Shown here piece by piece: positions 33,501 to 41,711 of a stretch of DNA of 64,000 bases; the stretch's first letter is position 1, and each line of letters opens with the position of its first letter. Source of the stretch: an uncultured Planctomycetaceae bacterium. Its GTDB lineage: Bacteria > Planctomycetota > Planctomycetia > Planctomycetales > Planctomycetaceae. The stretch covers positions 224,001-288,000 of the forward strand of contig CAWFGE010000008.1 in NCBI GenBank assembly GCA_963815195.1, written 5' to 3'. The notes beneath the pieces were generated by a model that worked only from the letters and a program-made list of their open reading frames with translations, made no database searches and was not told where the DNA came from. The translations under genes were made by a program, and so were the position numbers.

Positions 33501-34905
33501 CGATCCGAAAGGCGACGGACGTTTGAGCGGCGAGCACCGGGTCGCGTTGGCTTCGGGAGAGATTCGCTGGGTCATGTTCCGCGGACTGACCTATTTTGAA
33601 GGGGAAGGCGAAAGCCGTCGGGCCGTGCGGGCGGTGGGCACCGCCTTGGATGTCACGCAGCGCAAGCAGGCGGAACTCGAGTTGCAAAAGCTCAATGCAT
33701 CGCTCGAAGAAGAGGTGGCCCGGCGGGTGGCCACGCTCGCGCTGCTCCAGGAGATCACCGTCGCCTCGAACGAAGCCAAGATCTTCCGCGAAGCGGTTTG
33801 CGCCGCCCTCGCGCGGATTTGCGAGTACAACGGCTGGGTCGTGGGCCATGCCTGGGAAGTCTCCGAAGAGAATCCCGAGGAACTGGTGTCGCTGCGAGCG
33901 TGGTACGTGTCCGACGAGCCGCAGCCGGAGACAGCCCGCCGCTTGGAGGAATTCCAGCGAATTACGGAACAGATCCGCATTCCGATCGGCGGCAACTTTG
34001 TGGGCCACGTCGCCCGCACCGGCGAACCGGCCTGGCTGGAGGACGTCGACGACTTCCCCGACTGGTCGCGTGGCAATCCGGGAAAGTTCGGCCTGGCCTC
34101 GTGTATTGCCTTTCCCATTCTGATCGACAACCATGTGGCCGCGGTCCTGGAGTTTTATGCGCATGACGCGATCCGCCGGGAAGAGCAGTTCATGGAGATC
34201 ATGTCCAACATCGGGATTCAACTGGGGCACGCGTTCCAGCGTCAACTGCTGGAACGGGCCATCGACGCGGCGACCACAAAGTACCAGCGCTACATCGCCC
34301 AGGAACTCCACGACAGCGTCGCCCAAGAGCTGACCGGATGCAGCATGATGGCCGAGGTGCTGAGGGAAAAAATCGTCAGCGGCGACGCCGATGAGGACCT
34401 CGCCGAGAAGCTGCAATTCCATCTTCGGGCCGCGGGGGAAGAGGTTCGCCGGCTGTCCCACGGCTTGATGCCCGTGGTGGTGGACGCGGAAGGCTTGATG
34501 CGGGCCCTCGAGGATCTGGCCGGGCACGCCCGCGAATGGCATTCGCTCCAATGCGAGTTTCACTGCGAGGCGCCGGTCGCCGTGGAAAACGCCGACGTGG
34601 CCACGCACTTCTATCGCATCGCGCAGGAAGCCCTCCAAAACGCCGCCAAGCACAGCCGGGCCGATCACGTCGATCTGACCCTTCGCCGCGAAGGCGATGA
34701 CGTCGTGCTTTTGATCCAAGACAATGGAAAGGGCGTTTGCGATCCCAAAAGTTCCGACGGGCAAGGCTTGCAGATCATGCGGCACCGGGCCAACCTCATC
34801 GGCGGAGAATTCGACATCCGCTCGAGCGATGGCGAAGGCGTGACCATCACCTGCCGAGTCCGGCAAGCCGAAAGCCAAACACCCGCGTCCGATTCCTGCC
34901 AATGA
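30544..34905 (+). CDS. CheB/CheR fusion with PAS, GAF and HisKA_3-type histidine kinase
   Basis: GIGASAGG, QHL, GTGTDG (CheB); VPGCATGEEAY, CRNVLIY (CheR); NEELQSTNEELETSKEELQS coil; ELHD, EALQNAAKH, DNGKG. Confidence 0.92.
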   Translation: MEKTGAVWQRKKRASRKKSVPRKEKAQTSSRKTSAQKTKEASRGETCAIVGIGASAGGLDATRRFFDAMPDDPGLAVVVIQHLDPSKKSYTPELLVKHTAMQVTEVCDDPVVKPNRVYVIPPGKYLSIAQGVLHLSEPDEPRGQRRAIDFFLRSLAEDQKRRAVGVILSGTGTDGTLGIKAIKQRGGMVIAQDPATAGFDSMPRSAVNTGVVDYVLPPEQIPETLVLYARHPYVCEEGSAEREDAEEALDTEPAESKSEKPAGLGQILALLRTRTRHDFQNYKENTIIRRTHRRMCLLHLNDYADYLDYLHEHPAEVLALVKDLLISVTDFFRDPEAWGELQPLLRELISGKEPEAAIRVWVPGCATGEEAYTLAMLIMEELEKAKKPCPVQVFASDIDNDALEYARHGRYPASIEADVSPERFARFFTSADGSEYYRVDKALREAVVFADQNLIADPPFSKLDLICCRNVLIYLKPEVQDKIIAMFHFALVEGGILFLGSSETVGRHKALFETIHKRWRIYRRVGPTRYDQVEIPVSAASGPRHRINELPVPGHGDRNHLAHLAQQYLLDWLAPQAILVDRSWRMLYLSGELDRYLSRGPGVPNDHLLENCRRGLRTRLRSAVHEALNEKQAVSVVAKLQRNNQLERVRITVRPIPQRDDLPELALVVFEPGASEDVEPAGKKPLAGPDKPTAAEESRPGEQPRDMELDEHAIFKQLEDELASTRTELQAAVEQLETSNEEYKAANEEVMSINEELQSTNEELETSKEELQSLNEELSTVNNQLSGKVEELETKHADLKNLISVTDVATVCLDTDLCIRWFTPASKTVIRLSDTDQGRPISDFAHDFVDSDLVAACRRVLDKLIPEESEVECRDHRYYVRRITPYRTDDHRIGGLVTTYVDITSRKQFEQQLQESELRLRRAAESAEFGTYDIQPLTGVVHWSPEMKQLYGLPRDADVPVGPLEVPPQVYPEDREKVRKAWEAATDPKGDGRLSGEHRVALASGEIRWVMFRGLTYFEGEGESRRAVRAVGTALDVTQRKQAELELQKLNASLEEEVARRVATLALLQEITVASNEAKIFREAVCAALARICEYNGWVVGHAWEVSEENPEELVSLRAWYVSDEPQPETARRLEEFQRITEQIRIPIGGNFVGHVARTGEPAWLEDVDDFPDWSRGNPGKFGLASCIAFPILIDNHVAAVLEFYAHDAIRREEQFMEIMSNIGIQLGHAFQRQLLERAIDAATTKYQRYIAQELHDSVAQELTGCSMMAEVLREKIVSGDADEDLAEKLQFHLRAAGEEVRRLSHGLMPVVVDAEGLMRALEDLAGHAREWHSLQCEFHCEAPVAVENADVATHFYRIAQEALQNAAKHSRADHVDLTLRREGDDVVLLIQDNGKGVCDPKSSDGQGLQIMRHRANLIGGEFDIRSSDGEGVTITCRVRQAESQTPASDSCQ

Positions 34906-34908
34906 CCG

Positions 34909-36180
34909 CTATTCCTCGACGGCGGCGTCTTCCGGTTTCTTTTGTCGAGCGGCCTGTTTCTCGGCGGCTTCTTCCGGCTGGACCTCTTTTTCGGATTGTT
35001 CTTCCTCGGCGGCTTCTTGCTCGCTTCGGGAATGGAACCACCGCGCGATCAAAACGTCGGTGGAGGAATGGGCCAGGATCGACATCGCCACCACCAGCCC
35101 GACGATGTGAAACAATTGCTCGCCGGAACCGAGGCCCATTTTCAGGAGATACATCCCATAAACGACGGAGGCAAATCCCTTGGGGCCGAACCACGCCGCC
35201 GCGATCCACTCCGGCTTGTTGATTTTTCCTCCCAAGAGCGCCAGCCCCAACGCAATCGGCCGGACGAGAATCAGGACCAGAACAACGAACGCCACTTCCC
35301 AGCCGGTCGTCTGGCCCAGGTATTCCAGCGACATCAAGGCTCCGAACACCAGCAGGCTAAGGAGCTTCAAGAGTTCCGAGATGATCTGGCCCAGGTATTC
35401 GAAGGACTCGCGGACGACGGGGTTGCAGGTGGCGACGGTCATCCCGCCCGCGAACGCCGCCAGAAACTGGTTCAAGTGAAAAGTCTTGGCGAGGATAAAG
35501 AGCAGAAGCCCGAGGGCAAAGGCGTTGATGGGGCGATAGTCTTCCGAGGCTTGGAAGAACCGCGTGCCCTCCAGTCGAATCGCCGTCCAGGGCAGCGCGA
35601 CGCCCAGGGCGATTCCGCCGAGAATCTCGCCGCCGAGTTTGAGAAAGTTCACCGTCTCGGAACTGGCATAGCTGACGAGTGCCACCACGACCGGGAGAGC
35701 CAGGCCGTCGTTGACGCCGCTTTCCACGTTCAATAAATGCCTTAAACGGTAGGGCACCTCTTCGCGGCCGACGATGGCCGAGGCGAACATCGGATCGGTG
35801 GGACTGAGCACGGCCCCCAACAAGAACGCGTGGAGCCAAGGCAGATCGACGAGCCAATGCGCAAGGGCCGCGATCATCACGAACACCAGCGGCATGCCGA
35901 GCACCAGGGCCCGGCCCGGCAACCGCCAGGCGCGGGTCAAATCCTTCAGCCCCACACGCATGCCGTCGGTAAAGAGCACGCTGAACAGCGCGACTTGCAC
36001 AAGCAGATCGACAAACGGATCGCCGGCGTGGACGGTGAGGATTCCCACCGGTTCCAGCCCCAGGACGAGTCCCGCGCCCAAAAACAGGACGGACGTGGAG
36101 AGGATGCTCCGGTGCGCGAAACCGGAGATCATCACCGCAAACAAAAGCGTGACGGCAAAGACGAGTGCTAATCCCATCAA
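34909..36180 (-). CDS. Cation:proton antiporter (CPA1)
   Basis: LSPTDP, ESGVNDG, WFGPKG; many TM helices. Confidence 0.88.
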   Translation of the reverse strand: MMGLALVFAVTLLFAVMISGFAHRSILSTSVLFLGAGLVLGLEPVGILTVHAGDPFVDLLVQVALFSVLFTDGMRVGLKDLTRAWRLPGRALVLGMPLVFVMIAALAHWLVDLPWLHAFLLGAVLSPTDPMFASAIVGREEVPYRLRHLLNVESGVNDGLALPVVVALVSYASSETVNFLKLGGEILGGIALGVALPWTAIRLEGTRFFQASEDYRPINAFALGLLLFILAKTFHLNQFLAAFAGGMTVATCNPVVRESFEYLGQIISELLKLLSLLVFGALMSLEYLGQTTGWEVAFVVLVLILVRPIALGLALLGGKINKPEWIAAAWFGPKGFASVVYGMYLLKMGLGSGEQLFHIVGLVVAMSILAHSSTDVLIARWFHSRSEQEAAEEEQSEKEVQPEEAAEKQAARQKKPEDAAVEE

Positions 36181-36509
36181 TCCATTTGTCCTGATGCCAT
36201 TCGCCGAGAAACGTGGACTGCGGGCCGAGAAAGAACTCTCGCGCCGCCGACGGCCTTCCGTCTCGCCTTGGCCGACCGCGAAATGGCACGGTATCCCGCA
36301 AACTGCCGGTTGATCGCACAGCCTGCTCGCTGATCGTCAGCCGTGATGATCCATGATGGATTTCACCTCCCAAGGGGAGGTGAAAAAGCGCGCACGAGGT
36401 ATTCTTTAATACCGTCCTATTTGCCCCCTGATTATCCGGAAGGACCATTTCAATTTATTTTATCAGCCGCAGGGCGCTCGCTAGACCCCGTTCGCGGAAC
36501 ACCCGGTCG

Positions 36510-37586
36510 TTAAAACCTCACCCGTTCGGCGAGCCGGTTGGGAAGTGACCGCTGCTTCTCGACGAGTTTTTTCGCTCCGCCCAGCGCCAAAACCGCCCCG
36601 CCGAGCGCCACGCCCGCCAGCCCCGCGGCGATGGTGCCCCAATGCGTGTTCGCCCACAATTGCCAGCTGTTGGACGAAGACCGCCGGTCAAAAATCCCGT
36701 GCGCATCATGCCCGTTATGCGCCGGGCTGAATAAATTGTCGGGCCGATCGGACGAGACGGGATCGTCCGTTTGCTGACTGTCGTATCCCATCTTTCCCAA
36801 ATACCAATCTAAGAGTCCGGGGAAAAACTTGTTGGCCCAGATGGCTTTCCAACTCGAGCCGCCCACGATCAACTCCCGCCGGGAATGATCCGCCGCCCAG
36901 ACAATCGCCGCCGCGGCGACTTCCGGCTGAAAGATCGGCGGAACCGGCTGCGGATGGTGCGGCAACCGCGTCCGGCACCAGTTGAACTGCGGCGTGTTGA
37001 GCGCGGGAAGCTGCACCATCGTGAGTTGAATGTTCTTCTTGTCATGCAAGAGTTCGCACCGGAGCGAATCCGTAAACCCGCGGATGGCGTGTTTCGCGCC
37101 GCAATACGGGGCCTGCAAGGGAATCGCCCGGTAAGCCAGCGCGGAACCGACCTGCACGATGCTGCCGCGATTGCGGGGCGACATCCGCTTGAGAGCCGCC
37201 ATCGTTCCGTAAACCGTGCCCAAATAGGTGACTTCCGTAGCCCGCTTAAACTCTTCGGGCGAGATTTTTTCCAGCGGAGCGAACACGGTCGTCATCGCGT
37301 TATTGACCCACACGTCGATCGGGCCGAACTCGCGCTCGATTTTTTCCGCGGCCTCTTCGACCGCGCCCGCATCGGCGACGTCGGTGGGCACCGCCAGCGC
37401 TTGCCCGCCGAGTTGCTCGACTTCCTCGCGGGCCGCTTCCAAACCGTGCGGATCGCGGGCCAACAGGCCGATCCTCGCCCCGCGTTTGGCAAATTCCCGC
37501 ACGACCGCCCGCCCGACTCCCGCGGAAGCCCCTGTGACCACGACCACTTGCTTTGGTGAAGATGGATTTGGATGATTCATCGGCAA
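36510..37586 (-). CDS. SDR family oxidoreductase
   Basis: TGASAGVG, WVNNA, YCGAK. Confidence 0.92.
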   Translation of the reverse strand: MPMNHPNPSSPKQVVVVTGASAGVGRAVVREFAKRGARIGLLARDPHGLEAAREEVEQLGGQALAVPTDVADAGAVEEAAEKIEREFGPIDVWVNNAMTTVFAPLEKISPEEFKRATEVTYLGTVYGTMAALKRMSPRNRGSIVQVGSALAYRAIPLQAPYCGAKHAIRGFTDSLRCELLHDKKNIQLTMVQLPALNTPQFNWCRTRLPHHPQPVPPIFQPEVAAAAIVWAADHSRRELIVGGSSWKAIWANKFFPGLLDWYLGKMGYDSQQTDDPVSSDRPDNLFSPAHNGHDAHGIFDRRSSSNSWQLWANTHWGTIAAGLAGVALGGAVLALGGAKKLVEKQRSLPNRLAERVRF

Positions 37587-37972
37587 CCTTTCCGCTTAAA
37601 ATATCGAGAGTTCGCGCGCCCGGCTGGGAATTTTTCCCAACCGCCGCTGGGTGGTTTCGCCTGGGAGGGGCTTCCAAAATTGAAAAGCCTCCAAGAGTCC
37701 AACGTGCAAATCGCACGCCATTCCCAAATCGCCGCCGGAGTTTTTCCCTTGCGATCGCGAATCGCCCGGCATGATCCTTGCGGAAACACGTCGCCCTTTC
37801 TTAAGCGGCAAAGCCGCAATCAACGGAGCAGCGGCATCCGGCCGCTTTCGATGGATTTCGGCGGCTGGAAGCCACGGTTAGGCGACACTTTGCAGCCTTT
37901 GCTCTCCAAGGTCGGCATGATTTCCAGGAAACCCGTTTTGAATTGCAGACCCAATTGCCTAAAGTTTGAACT

Positions 37973-39439
37973 ATGACTTTCCTGTTCTTGGCCGAGGTTT
38001 GGAACAACCTGTTCAGTTCGACTGTTGGAATCCTTGTCGTGGTCGGGTATTTCCTAACCTGGCTGCTGATCCCGTGGGTTCTATTGAAACGCCGCGTGCA
38101 TCAGTCGGCCGCCGTCGCCTGGCTGATTGCGATCATCTTCGTGCCGTTCCTGGGGGCGTTCTTCTGTGTGCTCGTCGGGAACATGCGCTGGGAGAAGCAG
38201 TCGGCCCGCAAGCGCGAGGCGTCTCGGGAAATCCATCGGCAGGTCGCGGGACGCCACGAGGCCTGGGAAGCGTCGCCCGATCAGCTCGGTCATCTCGCGC
38301 CTCTGGCCCGCCTCGCCACGCAAATGACCGGCGTTCCGCTGACATCGGGCAACCTCCTCGAGCACCTCCCGGACACCAACCGAAGCCTGGAAAAAATCGA
38401 GGAGATGATTCGCGCGGCCCGGCATTGGATCCACATCGAGTTTTACGTCTGGCGGCACGATCGCGCCGGACATCGCATCCAGAAAGTTCTGATCGAAAAA
38501 GCCCGCGAGGGGCTCGACGTTCGCTTGCTTTATGACGGGTTCGGTTCCGTTTTCCTGGGCCGGAGGTTTTTGAAAGCGATCGAAAACGCCGGTGTCAAGA
38601 CGGCTCCGTTCACGCCGGGCCTTCGGATCTGGCCGATCGGGACGCTGCATTTGCGGAACCATCGCAAGATCGTCGTCGCGGACGGAACGCTGGGGTTCAC
38701 CGGCGGAATGAACATCGGCGACGAGTACATTCATCCCACCAAAAGCTTCGGAAAATGGCGCGACACGCAGCTTCTCGTGCGCGGCCCCGCTGTCTTGCAG
38801 TTGCAACAGGTGTTCGCCCAGGACTGGTACTACGCCACCGGCGAAGCTCTTACGGGCGACCGTTATTATCCCGCTCCCGAACGGCCCGGCCACGTGCCCT
38901 GCCAGGTGGTCGCCGACGGACCCGACAACGATGTCGATATCTTTTCCTGCCTGCTGATCGCGGCCTTGGGTTTGGCGCAGGAGCGGGTCACGATCACCAC
39001 GCCCTATTTCGTCCCGCCCGATGCCCTCGCGGTCGCCCTCCAGACCGCCGCCCGCCGCGGCGTCGAGGTCCGCATGATGATCGCGGACCGCGGCAATTAT
39101 CTGTGGACGAAAATGGCCGGCCGCTCCTATTACCAGCGGCTGCTGGCCGCCGGCGTCGAGATCTTGGAATATCAAGCCGGCCTCTACCACGCGAAAACGA
39201 TCGCCATCGACGGCGAGTGGTCGCTGGTCGGCACGCCGAATTGCGACTACCGCAGCTTGTTTCTGAATTTTGAAGTCGCGGTGTCCTCGTTTGACCGGAC
39301 GCTGGCGGGGGAACTCGAAGAGCAGTTTCGCCGCGATGCCCAACAAGCCGTCCCGATTCGCCTCGATGATTGGAGGAAGCGATCCACCCTTAAGCGGCTC
39401 CACGAAGAGTTCTGGCGGCTCTTCGGCCCGGTGATGTGA
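37973..39439 (+). CDS. cls: Cardiolipin synthase
   Basis: N-terminal TMs and two HKD motifs (NHRKIVVAD, HAKTIAID). Confidence 0.9.
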   Translation: MTFLFLAEVWNNLFSSTVGILVVVGYFLTWLLIPWVLLKRRVHQSAAVAWLIAIIFVPFLGAFFCVLVGNMRWEKQSARKREASREIHRQVAGRHEAWEASPDQLGHLAPLARLATQMTGVPLTSGNLLEHLPDTNRSLEKIEEMIRAARHWIHIEFYVWRHDRAGHRIQKVLIEKAREGLDVRLLYDGFGSVFLGRRFLKAIENAGVKTAPFTPGLRIWPIGTLHLRNHRKIVVADGTLGFTGGMNIGDEYIHPTKSFGKWRDTQLLVRGPAVLQLQQVFAQDWYYATGEALTGDRYYPAPERPGHVPCQVVADGPDNDVDIFSCLLIAALGLAQERVTITTPYFVPPDALAVALQTAARRGVEVRMMIADRGNYLWTKMAGRSYYQRLLAAGVEILEYQAGLYHAKTIAIDGEWSLVGTPNCDYRSLFLNFEVAVSSFDRTLAGELEEQFRRDAQQAVPIRLDDWRKRSTLKRLHEEFWRLFGPVM

Positions 39440-39456
39440 GAACGTGTTGGAAAATC

Positions 39457-39548
39457 TGAGCGGCGGGTACCCTCTGGGTCGCTAGCCTCCGGTCTTGACT
39501 TCGCGCATATCGATTCATCGAAACCGGAGACTCGCCGCCGACCGCTCA
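39457..39548. repeat. Degenerate REP-like inverted pair
   Basis: TTCATCGAAACCGGAG...ACCGCTCA resembles the reverse complement of 10977-11008. Confidence 0.55.
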
Positions 39549-39731
39549 TGTATTTCGGCGGATAAGTCGAGCGAGGTCGCGCGAGGGTGTTCAGGTGCGC
39601 TTCAAGAGGTTCCCCCGGTGCAGAATCAGTCGTCAACGGATTCTCAAAACGAATGGGCGGGGAATAATGGCGTCAGGTGGCGAGATGTTCTCCCGCGACT
39701 TTTCAGAGTCTGATTCTTGCAAGGAAGATTC

Positions 39732-40451
39732 ATGTACCATCACGTCAAAAAGTTGATGTATACGGTCAATGTCGGAGAAGCCGATCCCCGTTTTGGAAAA
39801 ATGTTGCTCGAGCAATTCGGCGGTGCCAACGGCGAACTGGCGGCCGCACTCCAGTATTCCGTCCAGGGGCTCAACTGCGACGACCCCAAACGCAAAGACC
39901 TGCTGATGGACATCGGGACGGAGGAACTCAGCCATCTGGAAATCATCGGCAGCCTCGCGCGGATGCACTTAAAGCCGTTGAAGGACGGCTCCCGCAGCCA
40001 GGCGGAAGCCGACCCCCTGATTGCCGTGGTCGGAGGCGGCGGAGTCTCGCTGAACAACTCGCAAGGCAATCCGTGGACGGCCGACTATTTGAAAGTCACG
40101 GGCGAGTTGGATGTCGATCTCCGCAACAACATCGCCGCCGAAGCCCGCGCGAAAATCACCTACGAACGGCTCATCAAATTCTGCGACGATCCCGGCACCA
40201 AAGATGCGCTCAACTTCCTGATGACCCGCGAGATCACCCACATGAAAGCCTTCAGCATCGCCCTCGAAAGCCTGGGCAAGGACCCGCTTGAGGTGGGCGA
40301 ATTGCCCGTGATGGACGAATACGTCAACAAGTTCTACAACGACTCCACCGGCCAAGGGGAAATGGGCGAGGATGCCGAGGGCCCGTGGAACTCCGGCGGC
40401 GATTGGGAGAAGGTGGACAATCCGGCGTTTTCCGATCTGCAAAAAACTTGA
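39732..40451 (+). CDS. Manganese catalase family protein
   Basis: EQFGGANGEL, DIGTEELSHLE, NIAAEARA, REITH. Confidence 0.92.
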   Translation: MYHHVKKLMYTVNVGEADPRFGKMLLEQFGGANGELAAALQYSVQGLNCDDPKRKDLLMDIGTEELSHLEIIGSLARMHLKPLKDGSRSQAEADPLIAVVGGGGVSLNNSQGNPWTADYLKVTGELDVDLRNNIAAEARAKITYERLIKFCDDPGTKDALNFLMTREITHMKAFSIALESLGKDPLEVGELPVMDEYVNKFYNDSTGQGEMGEDAEGPWNSGGDWEKVDNPAFSDLQKT

Positions 40452-40603
40452 CGCATTTCCGTTTTGAGCCCTTTCCCAACAAATCGGTCCATCGGGAACG
40501 GCTGGGGTTTATCGTACGTTCCATCCCGCCCCGGCCGTTTTCGATCCCCGGCGTGTTGAGTTTGTCTTTCCAGGTGAAACGCGAATTGCAGAATGATCCC
40601 GAC

Positions 40604-41668
40604 ATGCCGGATTCCCGTGTCGATCGCCCGTTCATCCAGCGGACGCTTTGCGTCCTGGCCTTGGGCACGGCCACGGCGGCGTTGGTCGCGGTGGCGATTC
40701 TCGGACAGTTTGTGTTTCTGCTCCTGTTCGGCAGCGTGCTCCTCGCCATTCTGCTCAAAGGCTTCGGAGATCTCCTCGAACACTACACGAAAATCCCGCA
40801 TCCCTGGAGCGTGACGGTCGTGATCGTCGTGTTGGCCGCGGGTTTCGGCGTGTTGACGGCCAACTTCTCCGTCCACATCGTTCAACAGCTTCACGAATTG
40901 AGCCGGCAGCTCCATCAAGCCAGAGATTCGCTCGAGGCCCAGCTTCAAAGCTCGCGACAGTTGGGGTCCGTAATCCAACATGTTCCCACGCTCGATGAGA
41001 TGTCTTCCTCCTCGTTTGGCGGCGGGTCCTCGATGCGAAGCTGGGTCATGCAGATCTTCGACGCCCTGTTTTACGGGTTCATCCTCGTGGTCGGATCGCT
41101 GTATTTCGCCGTCGATGGGGGCCGCTATCGCAGGGGCATCATCGCCTTGGCCCCGCCGCGGAACCGCGAGCTGACGGGCGATCTGCTCGACCACATCGGC
41201 TTTGTGCTGTGGCGGTGGTTTTTGGGACGGCTGTTTTCCATGACGGTCATCGGCGTGGCCACATCGGTGTTGCTCGCCGTCCTCAACGTTCCGATGCCCA
41301 TCACGCTCGGCGTGATCGCCGCGCTGTTTACGTTCATCCCCAACATCGGCGCGGCGCTCGCCGTGGCGATTCCCGCACTCTTGGCTTTGGAGCAGGGGAC
41401 GAACACGTTCCTCATCGTCGTGTGCGGTTACGTCATCCTCCAGATTCTCGAAAGCTATTGGATGACGCCGATCGTCCAGCAGAAGGTCGTCACCTTGCCC
41501 GCGGCGCTCGTGATCTTTGCCCAAATCCTGGCCGGCACGCTGTTCGGCATGCTGGGCATCGCATTGGCCTCTCCGATCGCAGTGTTCGTATTTGTGCTCG
41601 TGAAAGACCTCTACGTCCGGCGCGGCCTGGAAGACAAACCGGCCCCGCTCGAGTCGGACAAGTTGTAA
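40604..41668 (+). CDS. AI-2E family transporter
   Basis: FIPNIG, QILESYWMTP, LFGMLGIALASP. Confidence 0.88.
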   Translation: MPDSRVDRPFIQRTLCVLALGTATAALVAVAILGQFVFLLLFGSVLLAILLKGFGDLLEHYTKIPHPWSVTVVIVVLAAGFGVLTANFSVHIVQQLHELSRQLHQARDSLEAQLQSSRQLGSVIQHVPTLDEMSSSSFGGGSSMRSWVMQIFDALFYGFILVVGSLYFAVDGGRYRRGIIALAPPRNRELTGDLLDHIGFVLWRWFLGRLFSMTVIGVATSVLLAVLNVPMPITLGVIAALFTFIPNIGAALAVAIPALLALEQGTNTFLIVVCGYVILQILESYWMTPIVQQKVVTLPAALVIFAQILAGTLFGMLGIALASPIAVFVFVLVKDLYVRRGLEDKPAPLESDKL

Positions 41669-41711
41669 ACGGGTGTGTTTGAACAAAGTTCGCCGTAGGA
41701 AAAGCCGCTTC

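Noticed and set aside
31045..34902. Long antisense ORFs (1285 aa here; also 12817-14859, 60126-61772, 1793-3061)
   Set aside because: Shadow ORFs opposite well-supported genes in GC-rich DNA, with no motifs
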